Positions 47,699 to 55,941 of a stretch of 64,000 nt of DNA are shown here, one piece after another. Source of the DNA: a virus. Lineage: Duplodnaviria; Caudoviricetes. The position numbers were made by a program, and so were the translations under genes. Below the pieces are notes generated by a model. That model did not search any database, was not told where the DNA came from, and worked only from the letters and a program-made list of their open reading frames with translations. The DNA lies in IMG/VR virus record IMGVR_UViG_3300044842_000168, positions 11,135-75,134 of that record. The stretch is one strand, 5' to 3'. How positions within the stretch are numbered: the stretch's first letter is position 1; each line of letters opens with the position of its first letter.

Positions 47699-48172
47699 TT
47701 ATGCCGAAACCTTGTAGGCCAGACATTCGACCTTGACCTGGATATACTGCTCGCTGAACAGCTCTTCCATCCCGGGCATGGGCGTCAGGCCCTCGGTTGC
47801 GTCGTGGACGCGAAAGCCGGGGATCAGCGTGTACCCTTCGTCCCCCAGCTCGATGAAGCACTTTCGGATGACGCCGTCGATCGCGTTGGCAGCGAGAAAC
47901 ACCAGATCCTTCTTATCCAGTGCATCCTTCTCCAGCTCTCGTGACGCGGTCCAGGTGTAGACGCACCTATTAACTTGTAGGCCCTGGAATGCGTAGATGA
48001 TGTGGCCGTGCACCAGGTCACGGAGCCCGGTTATGTGGTACGCAGCGTACCTCGGTCGCGGTGAGCCCTCCTCGTACTGTTGCATCACGTACGGTCTGTG
48101 GCTTGCCACAGCGTCGTGCGGGAGGTCGTGCACATCACCGTTCCTCGGACCTCCTACCAGCAACACCCTCAC
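47699..48172 (-). CDS. Hypothetical protein with GGPxxG motif
   Basis: LLVGGPRNGDV; GTGA overlap with the helicase stop. Confidence 0.5.
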   Translation of the reverse strand: MRVLLVGGPRNGDVHDLPHDAVASHRPYVMQQYEEGSPRPRYAAYHITGLRDLVHGHIIYAFQGLQVNRCVYTWTASRELEKDALDKKDLVFLAANAIDGVIRKCFIELGDEGYTLIPGFRVHDATEGLTPMPGMEELFSEQYIQVKVECLAYKVSA

Positions 48173-50040
48173 AGCATCCTCCTCTCCAGCACAGCCTTCT
48201 GCACTGCGTCTGCGGTCAGGTTCCCGGCAGCGATCCGTTCCTCCACGGTGTTCCGCGACCGGAGGTAGTAGTACGTGACCGGGCGCGGCCGGCTCACGCG
48301 GTGGATCCGGTCCTCCAGCTGTTCCTGGTCGTCCGGCACCCATGTCTCGTCACAGATGATCATCTCGTCTGCGAGGTCGAGGGTGATTGCCACGCCGCCG
48401 GCCGTCGTGTTGATGAGCATGATCCGCCGGCCGCCCTCATACTGGAACTCCTCGACAGCGGCCTGCCGCCGGCTACCGGTGATCTTCCCGGTGATGCGGA
48501 GAGGATCGATGCCGGACTTCAGGTAGATCTGGGAGGCAATCCAGTCGATGACGGTGGTGAACTGAGAGGCGATCACGATCTTGGAGCCGGCTACCGGGTC
48601 GTCCAGCATCCCGCGTTCGTCCAGCGCCTCCAGTATCCAGGCGAGCTTGTTGCTGGGCGCTGCCGGCTCGAAGTTTCCAGCTTCGTCGTACCGACCGAAC
48701 GCCGAGGCGAACTGGCGGAGTCGGGTGTACTCCGCTAGCACCCCTACCGCGTCCAGCTCACCATTCTCGATCCGGGCGCGGGCCGTCTTCTCCATCGAGG
48801 CGTACGCCTTCGCCTGCTTCGGCTCCATATCCAGCCATACGCCGACCGGGCCGTCTCCACCACCGAGCGGCTCGCCCGCGTACGTCTTGGGCGGGAGATC
48901 AGGGGCGACCTCGGCCTTGGTCCGCCGAAGCATCAGCCCCTGCAGGCTCTCACGAAGCTCGGGCAAGCGGTCGGCCCTTGGGCCGCCGATGACCTCCCCG
49001 AAGCCGTTGGAGGTGACTTCGAAGAAGCGCTCTTTCCACGCCGTGAAGCCTCGGTAGCGGTCCGGGTCCAGCCAGTTGAGCGTGCCGAAGAGGTAATGCG
49101 GCTTACCGCGCATGGGCGTACCTGAGAGAGCCACGCGCAGGCCATTAGGGGCCAGCCGAAGCCGCACGGCACCCTCTCTCGCGAGCGTCTTCCAGCCCGA
49201 GGTCCGACACAGCACGCGGTGGCTCTCATCGATGATGATGGCGCCCCACTCGCGGGCGAACAGCTCCGGCCACCCATGCTCGACCTCGACGCGGACCTTC
49301 TTGGGGTCGTGGCCACAGTCCACCACACTCGACTTCGGACGGTCTGTGGCGCGCCACCGGCTTCCGCAGAAGCGACAGACCCAATCCACCTTCGTCCGCA
49401 GCATCTCTGGATTCACGATGATCCAGCTGTAGGGATGGTGAATGGCGGCCTCGGCCTCTTCAGCGAACTGCTTCAAAGCCCACTCGCGAATCGGCCGGCT
49501 TCCCGCGATGGGGATTACTCGGTGCGTTCCGGAAGTCCACCGTTCGACCTCGCCGGGCCACACAGCGGTCACGGCGGTAGCCGGCGCCACGACCAGATAT
49601 GGCCCAGGTACGCCCGACTCGATCACCCCGCCTATGGATTGGATGGTCTTGCCGAGACCGGGCTGGTCCGCGAGCAGCGCCCGGCGTGAGTCCGCCAAGA
49701 ACCGGATTCCCACTCGCTGGTACGGTCGCGTCGCGGTGGCTTGGCGGATCGCGCCGGGTGACCGGGGCAGCAGGAGCGTCTCTCCTGTGGAGCCGGCGAG
49801 GTCGGTGAAGTAGGCCGTCTTGGCGCGCTCGGCCTTGGCCCAGGCCCACAGCCGGCGCCCGATCTCCAGCCCATCGCCGAACACCTCGCGCGTCGCCAGG
49901 CAGGAAGCCATAGACAGCGGAACGCTCCAGACGCCTCGCTTGTTGCTCCAGTAGGCGCCTGGAATCCGCTCCTTGAGTCGGATGGGGCGCTCGGTGGTGA
50001 TGATGATGCGCTTCCCACCCAGCTCCGCGCGAGCCCTCAT
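48169..50040 (-). CDS. SNF2/SF2 DNA helicase
   Basis: LADQPGLGKT, IIDESH, LSGTP, LRRTKAEV, QLEDRIHR. Confidence 0.92.
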   Translation of the reverse strand: MRARAELGGKRIIITTERPIRLKERIPGAYWSNKRGVWSVPLSMASCLATREVFGDGLEIGRRLWAWAKAERAKTAYFTDLAGSTGETLLLPRSPGAIRQATATRPYQRVGIRFLADSRRALLADQPGLGKTIQSIGGVIESGVPGPYLVVAPATAVTAVWPGEVERWTSGTHRVIPIAGSRPIREWALKQFAEEAEAAIHHPYSWIIVNPEMLRTKVDWVCRFCGSRWRATDRPKSSVVDCGHDPKKVRVEVEHGWPELFAREWGAIIIDESHRVLCRTSGWKTLAREGAVRLRLAPNGLRVALSGTPMRGKPHYLFGTLNWLDPDRYRGFTAWKERFFEVTSNGFGEVIGGPRADRLPELRESLQGLMLRRTKAEVAPDLPPKTYAGEPLGGGDGPVGVWLDMEPKQAKAYASMEKTARARIENGELDAVGVLAEYTRLRQFASAFGRYDEAGNFEPAAPSNKLAWILEALDERGMLDDPVAGSKIVIASQFTTVIDWIASQIYLKSGIDPLRITGKITGSRRQAAVEEFQYEGGRRIMLINTTAGGVAITLDLADEMIICDETWVPDDQEQLEDRIHRVSRPRPVTYYYLRSRNTVEERIAAGNLTADAVQKAVLERRML

Positions 50041-50042
50041 GG

Positions 50043-50558
50043 TTACACCTTCTCCAGATATCCGCGCCGCTCCAGCTCCTCCTGGAGCTTCGAAACCCTA
50101 TCGGACACCTGAGCGATGTCGGCCTTGCGCTCAACGTTCTCCTTGCGCAGCTTCTCCACGCGGCGGTTCAGGATCTCTTGCTGCTGCGCCAGCATGGCTT
50201 GCCGGTTGCGCATCTGTCGAACCTCTTCGCGTGTCAGAAGCTGGATATCAGTTCCCTCCAGGATCTCCTGGGCACGCTTGATCCGGCGCCGGGCGCGAAT
50301 CTGTTGCTTGTGCGAAAGCCGGTCGTGCTCCCGAGCCTCCACCATCCGGTATCCGACGCCTCGGACGTTTTCCAGCGTTCGCTTGTGCGATCGCTCCAGC
50401 TCACGAACGGCGCGCCCGACCGGGATGTACACACCACGTCGCGGAAGCTTCAGGATCTTCTGCAGCCTCTCGAACTTGATGACATCGCCGATATCCATCT
50501 TGGCAATGACCTCATAGACCAGCTCCCACTGGCTTTTCAGGCCCTTCGGCTCAAACAT
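50043..50558 (-). CDS. Winged-helix-like plus coiled-coil protein downstream of the pentamer array
   Basis: LENVRGVGYRMV wing-like motif, basic helix, C-terminal heptads. Confidence 0.6.
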   Translation of the reverse strand: MFEPKGLKSQWELVYEVIAKMDIGDVIKFERLQKILKLPRRGVYIPVGRAVRELERSHKRTLENVRGVGYRMVEAREHDRLSHKQQIRARRRIKRAQEILEGTDIQLLTREEVRQMRNRQAMLAQQQEILNRRVEKLRKENVERKADIAQVSDRVSKLQEELERRGYLEKV

Positions 50559-50592
50559 ACCATATTCCTGTCAACAGTCGGTTTGGGATCCC

Positions 50593-51127
50593 CTGCCCTG
50601 CCTAGCCCCACCCTGCCTAGCCTCGCCGTTCCGCGCCTGACCCGGCCAGTTCCATGCCAGACCCAGCCCCGCCGGGTTACGTGCCCGGTAGAGGTATGAC
50701 CCTCTACCGGGCTCCATGCCATGCCCTGCTCCGCCGCGCCCTGCCCCGCCTTGCCTAGCCCGGCCCTGCCCGGCCGCGTTTACGCGCTCCATGCCTTACC
50801 GAGCCATACCGTTCCTTGCACCGCCTTGCCGTTCCATACCGGACCCGGCCCTGCCTCGTTGCGTGGCCCAGAGAGTTTCGAGGCTCTCTGGGCCTCCTTG
50901 CCTTACCGCGCCCGGCCCTGCCGAGCCCAACCTGGCCGCAGCCACACCGCGCCGAGCCGAAGCCGAACCGCGCCGCGCCAGAGCTTGCCATGCCCCGCCG
51001 AGCCGCGCCCCGCCGAGCCTTGCCTTGTAGCGTGGCTCGGGGAGTTTCGAGGCTCCCCGAGCCTTCCATGCCCTACCTTGCCACACCGATCCGCACCCAG
51101 CCCTGCTGTGCCGAGCCTCGCCTTGCC
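50593..51127 (-). ncRNA. GGY-NN pentamer array (putative guide RNA precursor): five units, hairpin-separated
   Basis: 78 pentamers counted by hand (69 GGC/GGT-NN); three 30-nt hairpins at 51034-51063, 50865-50894 and 50683-50712, each followed by a 9-nt ACG linker. Confidence 0.8.
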
Positions 51128-51134
51128 GCGTGAG

Positions 51135-51725
51135 CTATTCGCCGAGCAGCTCGACCTTGGCGTCGAACCGCCCGTACATCCGGCGGAAGTCGCCGAGGCC
51201 CTCGAACCGGCCAGCGTCGGCGGCGATCCGCTCGAACTCCTCCAGCTCCATGATGGAGTAGTCCAACACGAAGTCGGCGGTGAACTCCCACTCCGGGAAC
51301 CACGGGCGGCAGCGTTCCACGCGCTGCTGGCCGATCCGGACGGTGCGGTAGTCCACGAAGGGAGACTCGCCGTCGCCCCACAACGCCTCCTTGTCGCGCG
51401 GGCCGGCGTAGAACAGTGGGGCCTGGAACGTCTCGATGGACAGCCCGCGCTCGATCTTCTTCCCGTTCTTGGTGATACGGGCGCCTCCCAACAGGCAGGC
51501 GAAGATGTTCTCGCCGGGGATGTAGGGGCCGATCTCCTCGTCGTAGTACAGCGCGGCCTCCCAGTCGATCCGCGCCATGGCGGCCCGATCCTCGTCGGTC
51601 TTGGTGCGCTTGGAGCTGAACTCCTTCATCGCCTTCGCGAACTTGTTGCTGGGCGAAGCCGCCTGTGCGCTGTGCATCAAGAGCGGCCGAGTCCCCTTGC
51701 CGGTGAGCCTTACCCTGTTCTCCAC
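51135..51725 (-). CDS. RAMP/Cas7-like protein (Vipr-like effector)
   Basis: VRLTG..TRPLLMH beta-1, PYIPGENIFACL (cf. RAMP P.IPGSS.KG), C-terminal Gly loop GRFEGLGDFRRMYGRF; 7 nt upstream of the array. Confidence 0.7.
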   Translation of the reverse strand: MENRVRLTGKGTRPLLMHSAQAASPSNKFAKAMKEFSSKRTKTDEDRAAMARIDWEAALYYDEEIGPYIPGENIFACLLGGARITKNGKKIERGLSIETFQAPLFYAGPRDKEALWGDGESPFVDYRTVRIGQQRVERCRPWFPEWEFTADFVLDYSIMELEEFERIAADAGRFEGLGDFRRMYGRFDAKVELLGE

Positions 51726-51772
51726 TGCGTTCCCCTTCTCACAAGGAATTGCAACTGAATTGAATATAGTCG

Positions 51773-51792
51773 GTAGACGGATTCGCGTCTAC
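51773..51792 (-). promoter_or_regulatory. 20-bp palindromic operator / promoter of the RAMP gene and array
   Basis: GTAGACG-gattcg-CGTCTAC; -10 TATATT 4 nt downstream. Confidence 0.75.
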
Positions 51793-52283
51793 CTCACCGG
51801 GCTACTCCCGTTCTCATCCAACGGCCTGCCCTTGCCCCACTCGGGGCCCAGCTTCTTCGCCTCGGCCCACTCGATGACGGACGGCGGGTTGAGGTCGCGG
51901 GACAGCGCCCGGAACCGGCTGTAGAGACTTTCCCAGGCTGAGAGGTGCCGGACCTTGACCCGGGACATCTTCGCCGCGAGGGCGGCGCGGATCATCTCCG
52001 CCTCTTGAGCGCTGACGGCCACCTGGGCGTTGTCGGCTGGCTCGGGCTGCTCCTCGGAGCGGACCGAGAGGGCGTCGGTGAACACCCTCTCCATGCCAAG
52101 GATGCGCCGGATCAGCGAGGCCTGGCCGAGACCACCCCAGGTGATCCTCGCCTGCTGTACGGCCAAATGCAGGCCCTCGATGTCCTCGTCTGACAGGGCT
52201 ATCACGGTGGAGTCGGGCGGGATGTCCACCCCGCCCCGCAGCGTCAGTGGCTTCGCGGCCCGGTTCCACAACAAGATCTTCAC
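51789..52283 (-). CDS. Hypothetical protein
   Basis: 164 aa with AAGGAGG RBS. Confidence 0.55.
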   Translation of the reverse strand: MKILLWNRAAKPLTLRGGVDIPPDSTVIALSDEDIEGLHLAVQQARITWGGLGQASLIRRILGMERVFTDALSVRSEEQPEPADNAQVAVSAQEAEMIRAALAAKMSRVKVRHLSAWESLYSRFRALSRDLNPPSVIEWAEAKKLGPEWGKGRPLDENGSSPVR

Positions 52284-52343
52284 GCGTCCTCCTTCGGGAC
52301 GTGGGACACCCGGGCTGGCCGCGAACCAGCCCGGGTGCAGGAA

Positions 52344-52670
52344 CTACTGTACGGAAGTGATGGCGGAGAGACGAACCGACCGGACCCCCGACGCGGCGGC
52401 CGGGAAGGTCAGCACCCCATCTTCGATCTTGATGGAGTGCGTCTTCTCCATGACGCGCTCGGTCTCCTCAGCGCCCGAGATGCCGTTGATCCAGGTGATC
52501 TTCCGGCCGGCGAAGTCGTTGGGCACGGCGTCAGCGACGTCGAACGCCGGGCGCTTCGCCGCCGGGCGCGACTTCGTTGGCTTGATGGCGCGCTCGGCGC
52601 GCTTCACACGGACCGGGCGGTGGTCTACTTCGCCGCCTTCTTCGGCGACTGGGGCGTCAGCCCTTTTGGG
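52344..52670 (-). CDS. -1 frame extension of the 52625-54136 gene (long isoform C-terminus)
   Basis: Open -1 frame from the slippery C CCA AAA (52664-52670) to 52344; no clear own RBS; high GC3. Confidence 0.55.
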   Translation of the reverse strand, partial: PKRADAPVAEEGGEVDHRPVRVKRAERAIKPTKSRPAAKRPAFDVADAVPNDFAGRKITWINGISGAEETERVMEKTHSIKIEDGVLTFPAAASGVRSVRLSAITSVQ

Positions 52671-54136
52671 GCCGGCGCCTGACGCTTCGGCTCCAGCTCC
52701 GCCGTGGACTTCGGCGCCCAGTTCTTCAGGATGTCCGACGCGTTCCGCAGGATGCGCGGCCGGCCGTCCCGGATGTACTGCCCGGAGCCCGGGACGTACA
52801 CGCCGCCGTCCCAGGAGATCTCGATGCGCTCGCGGTCTCCGCGCTTCGCCACGACGGTGGCGGCGTCACCGTCGAACTCGGACAGCGTGATGCCGGTCCA
52901 GCCGGTGTTGAGTTCGCGCAGCTTCGCCATGAAGGCGTTGGCCTTGACGGACGTCTTCGACCGGCCCTCGGTGTTGACGGCGGTGTCGCGGTCGCCCCGC
53001 TCGATCTTCTCCACCTTGGCGGGGATCTTCTCGACCGGCGTGGCCTTGGCCTTCTTCGGCAGGCGCTTCGTCGGCTTCTTCGTCACCTCGGCCACGGCCT
53101 CCTCGATCGCGGAGAGCATCTCGGCGGACTTGTCGTCTCCGCGCTTCGGCAGCGGGGTGCGCTGCGCGGCCTTGCGCGTGCGCGCGGCGGCCGAGGCGCG
53201 GTTGGTTCCCTTGCGGACGGTGGTCGTGGTCACGGCCTTCTCCTTCGGCGGTGCCGGCTCGGCGGCCGGCGTTGGGTCGGTTGGGTGATGTACAGGCTGG
53301 CTGCTACGGCGACGACTGCCTGTGTCGTCACCAGGAGGGCTATCAACAACAACTGTAGTGCTTTCGGGCTCAGAAGGGAAGACGACGGCCAGAATCGTAT
53401 CGGTCGGCCGGGCGCGGAAGCCCTGCCCGTCCCCCATGTTCAGCACCCACAGGCCCTGGGCGCGCGGGATCAGCTCAACCCCGTTCAGCAGGGTCTCCTT
53501 CGACCCGTCGTAGTACCAGACCGCCAGCGGCGCCCGTTCGATCGCCTCGGCGACCGTCAGCCGCTCGTACGAGCCCTCTGCCACACTCGGAGGCGTCCAG
53601 GGTAGGTCGGGCTCGACCGGGGGCGGTTCGGCCGCGAGCGTGGCTCCTAGGTTGCCGGAACCGGCATCGTTGGGCGGGTAACCCTCCGCCACGCTCATGT
53701 TGAGGAGCGCGGGCGGTCCGGGCTCCAACTTGGTGACGCCGAGACTCGGCCTCGGCGGCGGTGAGGCCATCGGGTCGAACTCGGGTTCATCGTCGCCCCA
53801 GGGATCTTCCTCGTCGGTGTCGTCGAGGTCATCCGGGTCGGGGCCGAGCGGGTTGATGATGGCGGCCTCCTTGATCCTGTCTTCGGGAGTCGGCTCGGCG
53901 GCCGGCTCCGGCTCGGGTGGACGAAGCTCATCCGGCGGGATGTGCGCCCGGCGGACACACCGCACACACACCGTCTCCCCCAACCCGAACGCCTCGCCAG
54001 GCTGCAGCTCGATGACGCTGACTAAGAAGATCGACCGGTTACACCGGGCGCGCGGGCTGTCGTCAATAGCTGAGGTGTGGACGAGATGGCGGTGTAGTGG
54101 GCGGGACTTGGTACAGCCCCACGACCGGGTTGGCAT
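52625..54136 (-). CDS. Large multi-domain hypothetical protein, leaderless start
   Basis: ATG 6 nt after -10 TAGGAT; Cys cluster, Pro-rich linkers, Lys-rich C-terminal half; internal AAGGAG-GTG start possible at 53234. Confidence 0.55.
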   Translation of the reverse strand: MPTRSWGCTKSRPLHRHLVHTSAIDDSPRARCNRSIFLVSVIELQPGEAFGLGETVCVRCVRRAHIPPDELRPPEPEPAAEPTPEDRIKEAAIINPLGPDPDDLDDTDEEDPWGDDEPEFDPMASPPPRPSLGVTKLEPGPPALLNMSVAEGYPPNDAGSGNLGATLAAEPPPVEPDLPWTPPSVAEGSYERLTVAEAIERAPLAVWYYDGSKETLLNGVELIPRAQGLWVLNMGDGQGFRARPTDTILAVVFPSEPESTTVVVDSPPGDDTGSRRRSSQPVHHPTDPTPAAEPAPPKEKAVTTTTVRKGTNRASAAARTRKAAQRTPLPKRGDDKSAEMLSAIEEAVAEVTKKPTKRLPKKAKATPVEKIPAKVEKIERGDRDTAVNTEGRSKTSVKANAFMAKLRELNTGWTGITLSEFDGDAATVVAKRGDRERIEISWDGGVYVPGSGQYIRDGRPRILRNASDILKNWAPKSTAELEPKRQAPAPKGLTPQSPKKAAK

Positions 54137-54153
54137 GCCGACATCCTACCCCA

Positions 54154-54173
54154 GTAGACGCAGGTTCGTCTAC
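54154..54173 (-). promoter_or_regulatory. 20-bp palindromic operator / promoter
   Basis: GTAGACG-caggtt-CGTCTAC; -10 TAGGAT. Confidence 0.75.
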
Positions 54174-54595
54174 TAGCCGGCGAACTCATAGATGAAGTGC
54201 CAGGAGGCGTTCCGGGCGTAACCGGCTTCGGTCACCAGCGGGCGGTAGGCCCAGGGCTGGGGAAGCTCGCGCGGTGCGTACACGTCATCCCACAACCCAA
54301 TTGAGGTGAAAGCAAACTCGGGGTCACCGCCAGGCAGCACGAGACCGCCTCCAGACTCGTGTGGGATCTGGTATAGGGCCGGCGGCTCGCCTTCGAAGGT
54401 GAAGGTGTAGCCGTCCGCCGGACCGCCCCGGCACTCCGCGATGCGGCGTCGTTTGATGCGCTCCTCGGTACCCCGGTAGTCCGCCGAGCGCTCGCCACAG
54501 ATGGCGCCACAGCGTAAGCAGTGGATAGATCCCAGCATTGCGTAGTGCTGGGCGAGCGTGTGCGAGCAGCCCGGGCACAGACCGTTTACTGTCAC
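54173..54595 (-). CDS. Hypothetical protein (CxxC, GGPxxG)
   Basis: CPGCSH...CLRC; ECRGGPADG. Confidence 0.5.
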   Translation of the reverse strand: MTVNGLCPGCSHTLAQHYAMLGSIHCLRCGAICGERSADYRGTEERIKRRRIAECRGGPADGYTFTFEGEPPALYQIPHESGGGLVLPGGDPEFAFTSIGLWDDVYAPRELPQPWAYRPLVTEAGYARNASWHFIYEFAG

Positions 54596-54723
54596 GGGCA
54601 GATCACCACTTCCCAGCTCACCAGTCGGCGGTGCTCAGTCCGTTCCGCCCGGCGGCGTGCCAGGTCGAAGTCGGCGGTGATCAAGATGACGTCGCTGCCC
54701 TCCAGTACCGCGTACAGCCTCAT
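54592..54723 (-). CDS. 43-aa hypothetical protein
   Basis: ATGA/GTGA coupling; MRLYAVLEGSDVILIT. Confidence 0.45.
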   Translation of the reverse strand: MRLYAVLEGSDVILITADFDLARRRAERTEHRRLVSWEVVICP

Positions 54724-54932
54724 CGGTTGGCCTGCTTCCATCTCGCCATGGCCTCCTGTCGAACCCACGGCAGGCCCTTGTTGCTCGGGTAGAAGTACGC
54801 GATGCAGGTGGCGACGCCGAGTGCCCGGCCCCGGTCGTCGTCGTTGTACACGTCCGGGCCGGCCATCAGCCGCTCGGTGATCGCGTCCAGCTCCTCCCAC
54901 ATCCGGTAGAGCGCGTGCCGGTGCTCAGCCAT
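54720..54932 (-). CDS. Hypothetical protein
   Basis: 70 aa in overlap chain. Confidence 0.5.
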   Translation of the reverse strand: MAEHRHALYRMWEELDAITERLMAGPDVYNDDDRGRALGVATCIAYFYPSNKGLPWVRQEAMARWKQANR

Positions 54933-55185
54933 CGATCACACCGCCCAGCCGCGTGTATGCCTGTGCCACCGAGTCCGGCATCTTCGCCATCCAGTCGATG
55001 TCGACGGTCATGTACATCGCGTAGTACATCTGGAGAGCAGCCGACTCCAGGGCGGTGAAGGCAGTATGCTCCAAGGCGGTGCTCGTGCCGTTACAGCGCG
55101 GGAAGTCGGCCGGCTTCTGCTCGTCGGTAGAGCGGAAGGTGTGCGAGCGGTGCGGCACCTTGACGGGGCAGTCGGGATGCTTCAC
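54925..55185 (-). CDS. Protein with one C-x5-H-x2-H...C-x-G motif
   Basis: CPVKVPHRSHTF...RCNG. Confidence 0.5.
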   Translation of the reverse strand: MKHPDCPVKVPHRSHTFRSTDEQKPADFPRCNGTSTALEHTAFTALESAALQMYYAMYMTVDIDWMAKMPDSVAQAYTRLGGVIDG

Positions 55186-55436
55186 TTCAGGTACTCCCTA
55201 CACCAGGACCACTTGGGTCGGTTACTCCAAGCACGGCGTGGCCGCCCGCGCCGGATCCACCACTGGGCACCGAGGGTCCACCAGATTGCTTGGCTAGCAA
55301 GCCAGAGGAGCACCGTCGCCACGAGGCGACCAGACCCACCACCAGATTCGTCGCGAGCGTCTCGGGGGACAGGCGTCCACTCCACGCCCGCAAATCCTCG
55401 GCGAGCCGGGCGCGGACGTCCGGGCTGTGCAGCCAT
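55182..55436 (-). CDS. Hypothetical protein
   Basis: GGAGG RBS; frame uncertain (an alternative overlapping ORF exists). Confidence 0.3.
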   Translation of the reverse strand: MAAQPGRPRPARRGFAGVEWTPVPRDARDESGGGSGRLVATVLLWLASQAIWWTLGAQWWIRRGRPRRAWSNRPKWSWCREYLK

Positions 55437-55439
55437 TCC

Positions 55440-55724
55440 TCAACCTCCTTTGGCATTCCACTCCTCCTGCTTCCGCAACATATCCGCGTGCTCGGCTTCG
55501 AAGACGCTCTGCGGAACGCCGATCCACTCCAGCAGCAGGATGTTGATGTCGGCCTCATCAACGAACGGCAGTCGGTAGCCGGCTTCGTGCCCGTAGTGCT
55601 CCAGCAACCAGGCCGCGAAGTCGCCGGCTGGCTTCGTCCGCAGCCGCTGCTTCACGACCTCCAGGTGGGCCGGGTAGTCGTTCCAGTCCAGCACCGGGCC
55701 GTCTTCACCATCCCGACATGCCAT
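55440..55724 (-). CDS. Hypothetical protein
   Basis: 94 aa, high GC3. Confidence 0.5.
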   Translation of the reverse strand: MACRDGEDGPVLDWNDYPAHLEVVKQRLRTKPAGDFAAWLLEHYGHEAGYRLPFVDEADINILLLEWIGVPQSVFEAEHADMLRKQEEWNAKGG

Positions 55725-55941
55725 GCAGCAGCTCCTCGATGTCCTTTGGGGTGAAGTGTGGCCCCGGCGGCCGGAACCGGCGGTGCAGCTCTCCGGAGAT
55801 CACGTCGTTGCTCCGGTAGGTCATCTGCCCTCTCCACTCCGTGACGAACGTGATCCGGCCGTCTGGTCGATCGGTGCGGGACTCGATCGCGCCGGCCGCC
55901 TCGATTGTGTCGTGGGGGTGGAACTCTCTTGCGAGAGGCAT
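55705..55941 (-). CDS. Hypothetical protein (SH3-like)
   Basis: GGAGG RBS; 78 aa. Confidence 0.5.
   Translation of the reverse strand: MPLAREFHPHDTIEAAGAIESRTDRPDGRITFVTEWRGQMTYRSNDVISGELHRRFRPPGPHFTPKDIEELLHGMSGW

Noticed and set aside
50593-51127. Calling the pentamer region a CRISPR array or a simple microsatellite
   Set aside because: There is no constant 25-45 bp direct repeat with spacers and no cas1/2. The NN positions are too diverse and the hairpin punctuation too regular for slippage.
50571-51758. Pro/Arg/Gly-rich ORFs across the array (50571-50792, 50716-51030, 50721-51758, 50755-51069, 50796-51086, 50816-51133)
   Set aside because: By-products of 5-nt periodic GC-rich DNA in several frames at once; no RBS or domain content.
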